Below, piece by piece: positions 1-10,271 of a DNA stretch of 56,988 nt. The notes beneath the pieces were generated by a model, which was given only the letters and a program-made list of their open reading frames with translations, was not told the DNA's origin and made no database searches. The stretch lies in the IMG/VR virus record IMGVR_UViG_3300009788_000017, positions 1 to 56,988 of that record; one strand, written 5' to 3'. Position 1 is the first letter of the stretch; each line of letters opens with the position of its first letter. A program made the position numbers and the translations under genes. Origin of the DNA: a virus. Taxonomy: Duplodnaviria; Caudoviricetes.

Positions 1-123
1 AAAAATCGCGATTTTTCGAGCGCCTATTTAGCTGTTTTGTATACAATGTGCTGCGGGTTCGGTGTGCATATTCTTGTCTTTTGGTGTGCAGCGCCGACAC
101 AATCGGTATGGTGTGCATCTTAA
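1..123. repeat. Terminal direct repeat, left copy (identical to 56866-56988)
   Basis: aaaaatcgcgatttttcgag...gtgtgcatcttaa is identical at both ends; most likely the circular-assembly overlap of a complete genome. Confidence 0.95.
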
Positions 124-596
124 AGCCTCGGAACATGCACCGTATTCATGGTGACCGCTCGGCCTTCAGCTATCTAAGCCACGCCGATCCACCTGGCCCA
201 CCACCTCAACCGGTGCCAGCCTCCTACATTTGGGGGCACATATGGGGGCATCTCGCCGCCAGGTCCTACCACCTACCTTATACATCAATGACTTAGTTGC
301 ACTATTCGGTAGATGGTAGAGCACACGAACCGGGGTCGGCGGCTACTCGGCGGCTACTCGGTGCACCCCTAGGAAAAAGCGAAAGTACCGTTAAGGAAAA
401 AGTTTTCCGGGTTTCGGATTTCAGATTCTGATTCCAGGTTCGGGGGGTTTAGGCATTATATCTACATACCGGGACCGCTTGTGCAACGACCCAAAAATTT
501 GAAAAACGCAATCGCGTAATATATAGTACATTTTATCCCATACTCAAAGCTCCTAAGATCACTGAACGTAGAGGCCTCAACCAGAGAATCCAAGCC

Positions 597-1025
597 ATGC
601 AAACGTACATCAACTCCAGAACAGGCGACGAAGTTAAAGCAGGTCGGATCAGATCGACCGCAAACAGGCCTGAGACCTACGAGCTAAACGTCATCCTGGA
701 GAGTGGTGAGCCGCACATGCTACTTCTTCAAGGCCGGGAGTACTCAGTAGTTCGGGTAACTGACTTCGATAAGCACTTCACCCTAAAGTCGGCGAGGCTA
801 CCCTCCAATGATGGAGCACCCAAGATCGCAACCCTAAGCCAACCAGCGCCTGAAGTCAGCGAAGCGTTAATCGCCATGCTGTCCCAAGTCGCATACTGCG
901 CCGATGGTATGTTCACTGCGGAGGGAGACAATAACATGGGAGACGCGGCAGATTGGAAGCGTCAACTACAGCTGGCCACTGATAAATACTACGACCACAA
1001 ATTCAGCGAGGAATCCAAGCCATGA
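597..1025 (+). CDS. Hypothetical protein
   Basis: 142-aa ORF; stop overlaps next start (ATGA). Confidence 0.6.
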   Translation: MQTYINSRTGDEVKAGRIRSTANRPETYELNVILESGEPHMLLLQGREYSVVRVTDFDKHFTLKSARLPSNDGAPKIATLSQPAPEVSEALIAMLSQVAYCADGMFTAEGDNNMGDAADWKRQLQLATDKYYDHKFSEESKP

Positions 1026-1402
1026 CACAGCCTAAACCCTCAGCACTCACCATCGACAAGCCGTGGGAGTTCAATGTCACTCAGGTCATCACTATCCGAG
1101 ACAAGCGGTACACCACGCACGATGCGATCAGGCTGGCTGAGGATCTACCGGTTCGATCAGTCCCATTAATGGATTTCAACATCAGCGGCTCCGCCCCGTG
1201 CGACAACCAGATGAGAGACTTCGTGGCGCACATGCAAGCTACGCTGGATGCCGACCTCAGCTACCCGATCATTTTGAATCAAGATGGCGCAATCATTGAC
1301 GGGCGGCACCGCCTGGCCAAGGCACTGTTGGAGAAGCGGACACATATCGACGTCAAGCGGTTTGAGACAGATCCCGGGCAGATCTGGGAGTGGGACAACT
1401 AA
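1022..1402 (+). CDS. ParB/Sulfiredoxin-like domain protein
   Basis: YPIILNQDGAIIDGRHRLAKA matches the ParB-N/Srx DGxHR motif. Confidence 0.7.
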   Translation: MTQPKPSALTIDKPWEFNVTQVITIRDKRYTTHDAIRLAEDLPVRSVPLMDFNISGSAPCDNQMRDFVAHMQATLDADLSYPIILNQDGAIIDGRHRLAKALLEKRTHIDVKRFETDPGQIWEWDN

Positions 1403-2145
1403 TGGCAGCGTTCAAAACAACCAGGCCTATCATTGATTACATCGACATGGACGAGCTGGGTATTGACCGGTCGCACATGCCGACGATGCAAGACTTCAAT
1501 AGTCAGTGGGCCGGCCTGGATATCGCCGACAAGTCGACCGTCAAGGCCCTGCTGACCAGCACCACGTTCAAGGACTTCTTTAAGGCGACAGGCACGACCA
1601 GCCACAACGCGTCGCTGGCGATGATGACCAGGCCTGCAATGATCGCGTTTTATTTCGGGGTGGTGTGCCGGCAGGAGACTGACTCAGCCCGCGCCGTCCT
1701 CATACGCCAGATCATGGAGAAGACGTCGCTGGCGGCGATAACTCACAAGCACATCGAAGAGCTGGTGATGTCGGACAAGGGTCACCTGCAGCAGCTGGCC
1801 GACCGGCTCAGGGTCGATGGTGATGGCAAGCGTGGGATACTCAAGGAGCTCGTGGCCTACGGGATGCAGTCAAAGAAGATGGAGGCGGCCCAGCTCGACG
1901 AGCATGGTGAGGTCATCGCCCCCGCGGTCTACGGCCTGGCGGACCCCAAGGTTGCGTTCGGCGCCGTGCAGGAGTTGAATAAGATGGATCACGAGTACGG
2001 CGAGAACGACAAGGCCACCAGCTCTATCGAGTCACAGGCCGCCCGGGTCCGGCGCCTCGCCAGCCAGATGGACTCCGCAGCTAAGAAGCAAGCTGAAAAA
2101 CGTGGCGGCATCGCCAAAGCAATCACCCCAAGGGATATTATGTGA
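1402..2145 (+). CDS. Putative terminase small subunit
   Basis: Lies upstream of TerL; helical; DPKVAFGAVQELNKM resembles TerS C-terminal motifs; ATG at 1402 overlaps the previous TAA. Confidence 0.5.
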   Translation: MAAFKTTRPIIDYIDMDELGIDRSHMPTMQDFNSQWAGLDIADKSTVKALLTSTTFKDFFKATGTTSHNASLAMMTRPAMIAFYFGVVCRQETDSARAVLIRQIMEKTSLAAITHKHIEELVMSDKGHLQQLADRLRVDGDGKRGILKELVAYGMQSKKMEAAQLDEHGEVIAPAVYGLADPKVAFGAVQELNKMDHEYGENDKATSSIESQAARVRRLASQMDSAAKKQAEKRGGIAKAITPRDIM

Positions 2146-2261
2146 TGAGCGTATACAGGCTACTCGGGATCTACTACGCGACCAAGGCTGCACATAGCGT
2201 ATGGTGTCAGCAGTCACCGGCGGCAACTCATTTGATTTGGCGATTTTGGATAGCAAACTAG
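2145..2261 (+). CDS. Small hypothetical peptide (38 aa, MSVYRLLGIYY...)
   Basis: ATG overlaps the upstream TGA and the ORF fills the gap; below the ORF-track cutoff. Confidence 0.35.
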   Translation: MSVYRLLGIYYATKAAHSVWCQQSPAATHLIWRFWIAN

Positions 2262-2277
2262 GTAGGAGATCCAAGCA

Positions 2278-2535
2278 ATGCGAGTAGCTACTCATCCAGT
2301 TCAAACACCGTGGTATTACTCCAAGCCGTCCGCGGTCGCCCCTCAAGTGGTGACGATGAAGGCGTACGAGGTCTACTGCCATGTCTACGGCGAGCAGGAG
2401 TCGATGGTGACGGACGGGTGCCGCGGCGGCTTCAGTGCCGGTGAGCTGATAGCGTTTCTGTACGCGAGCAGTTTCCCTAAGAGTGAATGGCGCCAACGGG
2501 TCGACGAGGCGTTCAAAGGGATGGAGAGTCTATGA
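2278..2535 (+). CDS. Hypothetical protein
   Basis: AGGAG RBS upstream; ATGA overlap with next gene. Confidence 0.65.
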   Translation: MRVATHPVQTPWYYSKPSAVAPQVVTMKAYEVYCHVYGEQESMVTDGCRGGFSAGELIAFLYASSFPKSEWRQRVDEAFKGMESL

Positions 2536-2735
2536 TGGGAATGGCGATGCCAGAGACTGTTGAAACTCCGAGACCCAAGTACCAAGGCACTGTCGTATGC
2601 AGTAACTGTCACGCCGAGTACAAGCCTACACAATGGGTGCACGGCTACTCGGATAGTGGCACTGCAGACCACTTCACCGGCGTCATGGTTACGAGCTGCG
2701 ACACCTGCCCAGTGTGCAAAACTAAAGCGAATTGA
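2532..2735 (+). CDS. Small zinc-ribbon protein
   Basis: CSNC ... CDTCPVC; start moved to ATG 2532. Confidence 0.55.
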   Translation: MMGMAMPETVETPRPKYQGTVVCSNCHAEYKPTQWVHGYSDSGTADHFTGVMVTSCDTCPVCKTKAN

Positions 2736-2739
2736 GTCT

Positions 2740-4461
2740 ATGAGCCTGCCGATCCCACCCCCGCCACCCCCGCCACCCAAAGCAGTAACGCCTCCACCAC
2801 CCCCCGCCCCGCCGGCCGTGATCACCGCGCCTGAGGAGCTCGAGGGCCTGCTCGACATCCCGATGGAGGACGCACTCGTCCATGAGGGTGAGGACGACGC
2901 AGCTAAAGCACGCCGGCATCAGACGACAATCGATACGTTCGTGATCAAGTGCTTGAAAAGTTTTGAGTATTTCGCCAAGGCCTGCCTGAAGATCAAGACG
3001 AAAACTAACGGTGTGCAGCCGCTGGAGTTCAACGACGCGCAGCGGTACCTGGACTCGGTGGCATCACTGATGCTGGCTGAGCATGGGATGATCCGGATCA
3101 TTATCGTAAAGGGCCGGCAGCAAGGCCTGAGCACGTGGGTTGAAGGACGTGGATATTGGAAAACGTCGCAGACGCCCGGGACCAACGCCTACATCTTGGC
3201 GCACGAGGCCGACGCCACGAAGAACTTGTTCAACATGGCCAAGAGGTACCACGACCACTGCCCGGCTGAGCTGAAGCCGATCATTAAGAAGTCGAACTCG
3301 AAAGAGCTGATCTTCAGTGAGATGGAGTCGGAGTACGCAGTCGGCACGGCGAAGACCGGGGACACCGGCCGGGGCCAGACGATACACTTCTTCCACGGAT
3401 CGGAAGTTGGATACTGGGCGTCGGCCGAGGAGATCAGTGACGGCGTCATGGAGGGCGTGCCTGAAGGGGAGGGAACCGAGATCTATCTGGAGTCCACGGC
3501 CAAGGGCGTCGGCAACTATTTCCACTCGATGTGGGAGGGGGCATGCTACGCCGACGACACACCACCGGCTAACTGGAACGGGTACTGGCGTGTATTCGTG
3601 CCTTGGTTCTGGGAGCCCGGGTACCGACGCAAGCCTGCAGCTGACTTTGAGTTAAGTGATGCAGAGCAGGAGGTTGCTGACCTCTATAATCTGGACGACC
3701 AGCAGATGGCGTGGCGCCGGCATAAGATCGCAACCAAGCATGGCGGTGTGACCCAGTTCCAGCGTGAGTACCCGGCTAACCCCGCGGAGGCGTTTAACGC
3801 GGACCTTAACAACGCACTCGTGACGCCGGAGGTTGTTCTTCGGGCGATGCGGGCCGGTCGGGAGCAGGTGTTCATACCGGTCGGTCGGACGATACTCGGG
3901 GTGGACGTGGCGCGTGAAGGTGATGATGACACCACGCTAGTGCTGCGCCAGGGCCGAGTAATCTTGTGGTATCGCCGGCTGAGTAAGCTGAAGACACTCG
4001 AGGTGGCCAACGAGATAATCATGGCGCTGCGAGAGCACCACATCGACCACGTCTGCATCGATGCGACCGGGGGCTACGGCGCTGGGGTGTATGATGTGCT
4101 GGTGGGGTATGGGTTCGGGGAGCGGATAACGCCGGTAGGGTTCGCTGAGAAGGCGATCGAGCGGGACAGGTACAAGAACCGGCGCACTGAGATGTACTGG
4201 CTGCTCAAAGAGTGGCTGGAGGCCGGGGCTGCAATACCCGATCGGGATGAGTGGCTGACTGAGCTCTGCGCGATAACCTACATGCATGACCGGTCGACAG
4301 ATCAGCTGCAGCTGGAGTCAAAGGCTGAGATCAAGAAGCGGATCAAGAAGTCCACAGACATCACGGATGGGGCGGCGTTGACGTTCTGCATGCCATCAAC
4401 GACAATTGCAGGAGGCTCCGAGAGCAGCTTTGACCCATACAGTGAGTACGGGCACATCTAG
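2740..4461 (+). CDS. terL: Terminase large subunit
   Basis: Walker A KGRQQGLST, GRGQT, Walker B FFHGSE, coupling motif ESTAKG, RNase H-like nuclease LGVDVAREGDDDT; start reassigned to ATG 2740. Confidence 0.93.
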   Translation: MSLPIPPPPPPPPKAVTPPPPPAPPAVITAPEELEGLLDIPMEDALVHEGEDDAAKARRHQTTIDTFVIKCLKSFEYFAKACLKIKTKTNGVQPLEFNDAQRYLDSVASLMLAEHGMIRIIIVKGRQQGLSTWVEGRGYWKTSQTPGTNAYILAHEADATKNLFNMAKRYHDHCPAELKPIIKKSNSKELIFSEMESEYAVGTAKTGDTGRGQTIHFFHGSEVGYWASAEEISDGVMEGVPEGEGTEIYLESTAKGVGNYFHSMWEGACYADDTPPANWNGYWRVFVPWFWEPGYRRKPAADFELSDAEQEVADLYNLDDQQMAWRRHKIATKHGGVTQFQREYPANPAEAFNADLNNALVTPEVVLRAMRAGREQVFIPVGRTILGVDVAREGDDDTTLVLRQGRVILWYRRLSKLKTLEVANEIIMALREHHIDHVCIDATGGYGAGVYDVLVGYGFGERITPVGFAEKAIERDRYKNRRTEMYWLLKEWLEAGAAIPDRDEWLTELCAITYMHDRSTDQLQLESKAEIKKRIKKSTDITDGAALTFCMPSTTIAGGSESSFDPYSEYGHI

Positions 4462-4472
4462 GGGATCGACCT

Positions 4473-4655
4473 ATGGCTAATAGACCTTTGACTAAACGCG
4501 TGTCGTTCAAGAAGCTGAACGGCCGGGCGATCGTAAACCAACTCGATGGCCGGGAGCGTGACTATCCGGCGTACAGGTTCGGCGGTCGCAACTTCTTTGA
4601 GCGCCCTGAAGTTCCGGGCCAGACGTACCGACGATACCAGGACATTGTGGAGTAA
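4473..4655 (+). CDS. Small basic hypothetical protein
   Basis: 60-aa ORF between terL and portal with a GGGGA RBS. Confidence 0.55.
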   Translation: MANRPLTKRVSFKKLNGRAIVNQLDGRERDYPAYRFGGRNFFERPEVPGQTYRRYQDIVE

Positions 4656-4657
4656 TC

Positions 4658-5098
4658 ATGCTGCCTAGCTACGCACTATCACGTAAGCGACGCCTGAACC
4701 GCGAGAAGGCTGAAGCCAAAAAGGCTAGCAGTGAGAAGGCTGCGATCGAGCTCTCGATGGTGCAGACGCCGGAAGAGGCGATCGCCGCGGTCAAGGATAC
4801 CGAGATCGCAGGAATGATCGGCAACGAGATCGTCCGGCAGTACCCGGGCCACGGGTGGCAGGTTGTATCTGACATCCAGAATGGGATCGTCAAGATCTAC
4901 AACGCCCACATCTCAGGACAGATCGGTTGGATCTGGAAGATGGACGAGATGAACCCGGGCACGTTCGAGCGGGACGTTCGGCGGATTGGCGGTGAGATGC
5001 TGGAGCGCAGTGGCCTGAGCCGGACGGTGTTCAGTGAGGAAGCGATCATGGAGATTCAGCGAACTATTAACGGTGAAGCGAGGATAGACCTGTCGTGA
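4658..5098 (+). CDS. Hypothetical protein
   Basis: GGAG RBS; overlaps the portal start. Confidence 0.65.
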   Translation: MLPSYALSRKRRLNREKAEAKKASSEKAAIELSMVQTPEEAIAAVKDTEIAGMIGNEIVRQYPGHGWQVVSDIQNGIVKIYNAHISGQIGWIWKMDEMNPGTFERDVRRIGGEMLERSGLSRTVFSEEAIMEIQRTINGEARIDLS

Positions 5099-7227
5099 CT
5101 AAGATAAATCCCGAAGATACAGACTATGTCATCGAAGGTGCCGGGGCCGGTGATGAACTGGCATCAGTGCCGAAAACTGTCGGCGGCCACGATGACCAAT
5201 TCTGGATCGGGCTCGCCACGGTTAATCTCGCCACCGGTCAGAACTATCAGAACGCTGCGCTGACAAACCAGTGGGAGCGCAATGCTGATCACTTCAACAA
5301 TAAGCACTATCGCCGGTCTGCTTATACCTCAAAGTTGTATGCCGGGCGTAGTCGGCTGTTTCGGCCGCTGACTCGATCGGTTGAGCGCTCAGGTGCGGCT
5401 CAGTTCGCTGCTGCTATGTTCTCGAACCTGGAGATCATCGACATCACACCTGAGAACGGCGGTGACCCTGAGCAGCTCGCCAGCGCGCGGATGATAAAGC
5501 ACATCATGAAGTACCGCCTGGAGAAGACTATCCCGTGGTACCTAACCGCGCTCGGCGCCTGGCAGGATACCCGCGTCTATGGGCCATGCGCCACGTATAC
5601 CACATGGGAGTATCGAGAGCAGAAGGTCAAGGCTGAAGCCGGCGAGAAGACTGAGTTTGAGGAAGCAGAGGTGCTATCGGACAAGCCGGTGATCGAGATG
5701 ATCCCGCCCGAAGGCCTGCTGGTAGACCCAGCGTGCGACTGGCGCGACCCGATCAACTCGAGCCCCTATGTGCTGCGGCTGGTGCCGATGTATGTGGTGG
5801 ACGTCGAGGATCGGATGAAGGACTCGGATGAGTCGGATGCCGAGCCGTGGATAAACCTGACCCGTGAGCAGATTCTTTCGGCGGGCACCGACCGATACAA
5901 CCAGGTTCGCCAGGCGCGTGAGGGCGACAACCGCCCGGATAAGTTCGACTCACAGGACCGTCCTGAGTTTAAGATCGTCATGGCGATCGAGAACTTCGTC
6001 AGGCTTGATGGCAAAGAGTGGGTGTACTGGACGCTCGGGTCGTATCTGCTATCGAAGCCGATACCGCTGAAGCAAGCGTACGTAGTAGGCCGCCGTCCGA
6101 TCACATACGGGTTCAGTGTCGTCGAGGCGCACAAGTTCTCGCCTAGCTCTCCGACCGAGCTGATCTCGCAACTGCAGATGGCGATCAACGACACTGCCAA
6201 CCTGCGGATGGATAACGTCAGACTAGCACTCAACAAACGCTACATCCTGCGCCGGGGCTCGGCGATCGATCTGGATGCGCTGATGGCGAGCGTACCTGGC
6301 GGTGGTATCTACACAAACGACCCGGAGCGAGACGTCAAGGTCGTCACGACCAGCGACGTCACAGGCTCCAGCTACAAGGAGCAGGAGCGTCTCGAGACAG
6401 AGAGCAACGACATCACCGGGTCATTCACCGGCGCATCGATCCAGAATAACCGCGCGTTGAATGAGACGGTCGGCGGGATGGAGATGCTGGCCGAGGGCAG
6501 CAACGCGATCAGTGAGTTTGACATCCGGACGTTCGCCGAGACGTTCATGAAGCCTCAGCTCGAACTGCTGATGGCCTATATCCGGATGAATGAGACCGAC
6601 GACGTGCTGCTGAACATGGCGTTCCAGGAGGCTCGCAAAGTCGCAGGATTCGAAGCTCCTGGAGGTGAGGATGAGGAGGACACCAAGAAGCGGCTCATCG
6701 AGCGGATGCGTAAAGATGCGATGACGCTGCGAGTCAACGTCGGCCTCGGTGCGACCAGCCCTCAACGGAAGTCGGACACTCTATCCCGGACAGTAGGGAT
6801 CATCTCGCAGAACCCTGACCAGGCTAAACGGATCGACTGGGATGAGGTAACTCTCGAACAGTTCGCAGCTAACGGCTACGGCGACGGCAAGCGGTTCCTT
6901 CTTCAAGACGAGGAGGGTGAGTCAGGCCCAACTGAGGAGGACCTGCAGGCTGCCTACGAGCAGGGGCAGTCAGAAGGTGCTGATCAAGCCAAGATGGCGG
7001 ATGTCGAGGCACGTAGAGAGATTGCCATGGCCAAGCTCGACCTTGACCGAGAGCTCGGGTTCGCCAAGATCGCGCTCACTGAAGGCATCACGATGGCTCA
7101 GCTCCAGACCAAGTTGGATGTCGAAACGAAGAAGGACGCCACACGTCGAGATACCGCGGCGATGCAGGCACAGTCCACAACCAACGAGCTTGAGTTCAAG
7201 CGCACAACAGGGAAGCCAGGCGTATGA
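5095..7227 (+). CDS. Portal protein (P22/podovirus-like)
   Basis: 710 aa after terL; LQMAINDTANLRMDN helix, NETVGG motif, long C-terminal helical tail. Confidence 0.85.
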   Translation: MTKINPEDTDYVIEGAGAGDELASVPKTVGGHDDQFWIGLATVNLATGQNYQNAALTNQWERNADHFNNKHYRRSAYTSKLYAGRSRLFRPLTRSVERSGAAQFAAAMFSNLEIIDITPENGGDPEQLASARMIKHIMKYRLEKTIPWYLTALGAWQDTRVYGPCATYTTWEYREQKVKAEAGEKTEFEEAEVLSDKPVIEMIPPEGLLVDPACDWRDPINSSPYVLRLVPMYVVDVEDRMKDSDESDAEPWINLTREQILSAGTDRYNQVRQAREGDNRPDKFDSQDRPEFKIVMAIENFVRLDGKEWVYWTLGSYLLSKPIPLKQAYVVGRRPITYGFSVVEAHKFSPSSPTELISQLQMAINDTANLRMDNVRLALNKRYILRRGSAIDLDALMASVPGGGIYTNDPERDVKVVTTSDVTGSSYKEQERLETESNDITGSFTGASIQNNRALNETVGGMEMLAEGSNAISEFDIRTFAETFMKPQLELLMAYIRMNETDDVLLNMAFQEARKVAGFEAPGGEDEEDTKKRLIERMRKDAMTLRVNVGLGATSPQRKSDTLSRTVGIISQNPDQAKRIDWDEVTLEQFAANGYGDGKRFLLQDEEGESGPTEEDLQAAYEQGQSEGADQAKMADVEARREIAMAKLDLDRELGFAKIALTEGITMAQLQTKLDVETKKDATRRDTAAMQAQSTTNELEFKRTTGKPGV

Positions 7228-7589
7228 CCGATGTCGATGATGCAGCGTATACGGGCAATGATGAGCTAACTGAGGACGCGCGGATCGCCGTCGATGCACG
7301 CCAGTCCGCGATGACTGCCGACCTAGAGCGGATCGTCCAGGCGTCAGAGGGCGCCAAAGAATGGCTCCGGCAGCCCCTCGGCAAAGAGTTCAAGCAGGCG
7401 ATCGCAGCAAACAAACTCGATGCGATGACTCGAGCAGCTACAGCTCAAAATCCTGAAGCAGTTAAAGAGGCCCAGTTCGACTTTGCGGTATGGAGTCGGA
7501 TCGAGACAGTCATAGGGCAGGTCATCGTTGGTGGCCCTGAAGCACTCAAACATTTAGAAGCGATTCACGCGGAGCCTAACAATGCCTAA
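7224..7589 (+). CDS. Hypothetical head-associated protein
   Basis: Overlaps portal stop and scaffold start; typical small helical gene at this position. Confidence 0.65.
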   Translation: MTDVDDAAYTGNDELTEDARIAVDARQSAMTADLERIVQASEGAKEWLRQPLGKEFKQAIAANKLDAMTRAATAQNPEAVKEAQFDFAVWSRIETVIGQVIVGGPEALKHLEAIHAEPNNA

Positions 7590-8568
7590 GCCTAATCCTG
7601 ACGAAGCAACACCTGATCTGAATCCACGTAGTGCTGCTATGGATGCGATTGCTGCGTCCGCCCGCCAGCGTCGAGATGATGAGCTTGGCGATGATCTCAC
7701 GATCGAAGAGATCGCGGGTGTCGCACCTGCTCCTGGGCCAGATGACGAAGTTGTAGTCGTTGATGAACTTGACAACGACCCACCTGCACCCGATACTGGG
7801 CTTATTGAGCGCGAAGGTCAGCAGTATTTACAGCTCAAAGTCAACGGTGAAGATCGAGAACTTTCGGTCGCAGATGCGGTTGAAGCCCTGCAAAAAGGGC
7901 AGAATGCAGATGTGCAGACCAAGGCGGCAGTTGAAGCCCGCCAGCGGTACGAAGCACTTACAGAAGAACTGGCGATCCAGCCGCCTCCATCTACCCAGCC
8001 GGATGATGCAGAGGCACGGAGAGCTGAAACAAAGCAGGCTGTAACAGCCGCGCTTAATACGCTGTACGAAGATGGAGATGTTGATAAGTCGTCAGAGGCT
8101 CTGACTGATCTGATCGCTGGACTGACCGCACCTGCAGCTCCGCAGGCCCCGACCACAGTCGACGAAGCTGCAATTGAGCGAGTCGTAGCGAAACGAGAAG
8201 ACAAGCAAACTCTTAAAGCGGCATATGATAACTTTGCGGGAGAAGAGCGGTACAAGCGTATCGTAGATGACCCCGACCTGCTGACTCTGCTGGACATGCA
8301 GACCGACAGACTTCAGGATGACACCGCGTTCATGGCGACGAATCCGAGTTATCACGACACATTTGTAAAGGCTGGGGAAGCAGTTCTGACTAAGCTAGGT
8401 GTACCGCCTGAAAAGTCAGAGTCTGAAAAGATCGTTGACCTGAAACGTCGACAAACATCCACTCCCTCCCGCACTTCCAGACGTGCCGCCCCCGCTCCAG
8501 AGCAGCCTAAGACTACTTCCGACATCGTCGCCGATATCGCAAGACAACGTGGCCAGACGAGCCACTAA
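7582..8568 (+). CDS. Capsid scaffolding protein
   Basis: Acidic and helical; LKVNGEDRELSV motif; basic C-terminus (RQRGQ); immediately before the MCP. Confidence 0.75.
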   Translation: MPKPNPDEATPDLNPRSAAMDAIAASARQRRDDELGDDLTIEEIAGVAPAPGPDDEVVVVDELDNDPPAPDTGLIEREGQQYLQLKVNGEDRELSVADAVEALQKGQNADVQTKAAVEARQRYEALTEELAIQPPPSTQPDDAEARRAETKQAVTAALNTLYEDGDVDKSSEALTDLIAGLTAPAAPQAPTTVDEAAIERVVAKREDKQTLKAAYDNFAGEERYKRIVDDPDLLTLLDMQTDRLQDDTAFMATNPSYHDTFVKAGEAVLTKLGVPPEKSESEKIVDLKRRQTSTPSRTSRRAAPAPEQPKTTSDIVADIARQRGQTSH

Positions 8569-8583
8569 ACTGGAGTACGACTT

Positions 8584-9525
8584 ATGTCCGGACAATTATG
8601 GAGTGTTAATAACCTGGGTGGCTTCATGTATTCGGACGAGTTGTCCGATTACTTGCGCACCGAACTGCAGCCCATGAGCCGCTTCCGTCAATTCTGTGAC
8701 GTGAAGGAAGGCAAAGGGAAAGAGAAAGGCGAGCTGTTCAACTGGAACGTCTACTCCGATGTGCAGGACGACGGCGGTACGGTTCTTGAGACCGACGTCA
8801 CCCCTGAAACCAACTTCACCATCACCCAAGGACAGCTGACTGTAACGGAATTCACCAACTCGGTGCCGTACACCAAGAAGCTGGACGACCTGAGCCGGCA
8901 TCCGGTCAAGGAAGTCATTCAGAAGGTGCTGAAAAACGACGCCCGCAAAACCCTGGACCGAGCAGCTCATGAGCAGTTCGACGCCACTGTGGTCACGGTC
9001 ACCCCCACCGGCGGTAACTCCGCCACGGCAGTAACTGTCGAGGTCGGCGGCGCGACGATCACCAACAACATCGCGATGAACAAAGAGCACATCAAGGCGA
9101 TCGCCGACATCATGAAAGAGCGGGAAATCTCGCCTTACATGCAGGACGATTACTTCGCGATTGCTCGTCCGACCACCCTGCGTACGTTCAAAAACGAGCT
9201 GGAGTCTATTCACCAGAACGTCGAGTCCGGCATGCAGCTGATCTTCAACGGTGAGGTAGGCCGCTACGAAGGCATTCGGTTCGTAGAGCAGACCAACATC
9301 GCCTCTGAAGCCTGGACCAACGGTCTGTCTGACGCGGTGTTCTTCTTCGGCGCCGATACCGTCGCTGAAGCGATCGTTGAGCCTGAACAGATCAGGGGTA
9401 AGATCCCCACAGATTACGGCCGATCGCGCGGAATCGCCTGGTACTATTTGGGCGGATTCGGCATCGTCCACAACGCTGCAGATGGCTTGCAGAACCGAAT
9501 CATCAAGTGGGATACCGCAGCTTAA
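8584..9525 (+). CDS. Major capsid protein (HK97 fold, N4-gp56-like)
   Basis: FRQF near the N-terminus, GEVGRYEGIRFVEQ, DYGRSRGIAWY; strong codon bias; follows scaffold. Confidence 0.88.
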   Translation: MSGQLWSVNNLGGFMYSDELSDYLRTELQPMSRFRQFCDVKEGKGKEKGELFNWNVYSDVQDDGGTVLETDVTPETNFTITQGQLTVTEFTNSVPYTKKLDDLSRHPVKEVIQKVLKNDARKTLDRAAHEQFDATVVTVTPTGGNSATAVTVEVGGATITNNIAMNKEHIKAIADIMKEREISPYMQDDYFAIARPTTLRTFKNELESIHQNVESGMQLIFNGEVGRYEGIRFVEQTNIASEAWTNGLSDAVFFFGADTVAEAIVEPEQIRGKIPTDYGRSRGIAWYYLGGFGIVHNAADGLQNRIIKWDTAA

Positions 9526-9539
9526 TCGAGGGCTAGATC

Positions 9540-9806
9540 ATGGAAACTAAAATGTACGGCGGGAAAGGTGGGAGCTACAGTCACAACATGTCTGACTATA
9601 GCCCCAACGCTGGCGAGAATCAGGAGCACTACGACGCCAGCGCTTCGCGTTCGAGCACCACTGGCATCGCCGATATGGCCGGTGTCGAGTACGGCTTGAG
9701 CATGGTAGAGGGGACTGAGGTCAAGAACGCCGAGATGGTGACTGACAATCAACGCCCTGAAGGTCGTCGCGATAGCGCCGGCGATGGCTTTGTGATCGGA
9801 TGCTGA
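9540..9806 (+). CDS. Hypothetical virion protein
   Basis: ORF directly after the MCP with a GAGG RBS. Confidence 0.6.
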   Translation: METKMYGGKGGSYSHNMSDYSPNAGENQEHYDASASRSSTTGIADMAGVEYGLSMVEGTEVKNAEMVTDNQRPEGRRDSAGDGFVIGC

Positions 9807-9817
9807 GGAGCTGACTT

Positions 9818-10198
9818 ATGGCAATTATTAAACCAACAGCCACGTATGATGATCCACTAAAGATCTCGTACATCCTTCCAGCCTCGGCGATCGACACTGC
9901 TGGTGTCAAGCTAGGCATGGTCGGACCTGCAGGAATGCAAGGCCGGGTCGAGTCGATGGAGGCGCTGGTCACTGCTGATGTCACTGTAGCTGCGGCTATC
10001 GTCAGTATTGGCAGTGCTGCGGATGCAGACGCGTACGCATCGCTCACCGTTGCTGTAGGTGTTGCGGATACGTTCGCAAACGCCCCAGTCGACGGTGTGA
10101 CCGCGCTACTTCCAGCAGATACCCTGTTCGAGATCTCGTCTGACGGCGGGGCGACGGCAGGCGATGCTAACATCGTCGTGACCATCGCCTGGTTCTAA
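9818..10198 (+). CDS. Putative capsid decoration/minor head protein
   Basis: GAGGAG RBS; Ala/Gly/Val-rich beta protein; followed by a terminator. Confidence 0.55.
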   Translation: MAIIKPTATYDDPLKISYILPASAIDTAGVKLGMVGPAGMQGRVESMEALVTADVTVAAAIVSIGSAADADAYASLTVAVGVADTFANAPVDGVTALLPADTLFEISSDGGATAGDANIVVTIAWF

Positions 10199-10212
10199 GG
10201 CACTAGCTGGAC

Positions 10213-10258
10213 AAAAAGGCGCACCTCCGATACCCTTGGATGTGCGCCTTCTCTATTT
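10213..10258 (+). terminator. Rho-independent terminator-like hairpin after the capsid genes
   Basis: aaggcgcac(10216-24)...gtgcgcctt(10242-50), A-tract before and T-rich after. Confidence 0.65.
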
Positions 10259-10271
10259 AAGGTACTAAATT

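Noticed and set aside
1-123. 123-bp terminal repeat as a biological DTR
   Set aside because: Cannot be told apart from assembler overlap without reads; used only as evidence of completeness
48-296. ORFs 48-296, 56169-56423 and 56699-56896
   Set aside because: They lie in repeat-rich, probably non-coding terminal/origin DNA with no clear RBS
8596-9471. 291-aa antisense ORF over the major capsid gene
   Set aside because: Shadow of strong codon bias on the + strand; no RBS or motifs
9500-9540. Programmed frameshift extending the capsid protein
   Set aside because: No slippery heptamer near the stop; the next gene has its own RBS
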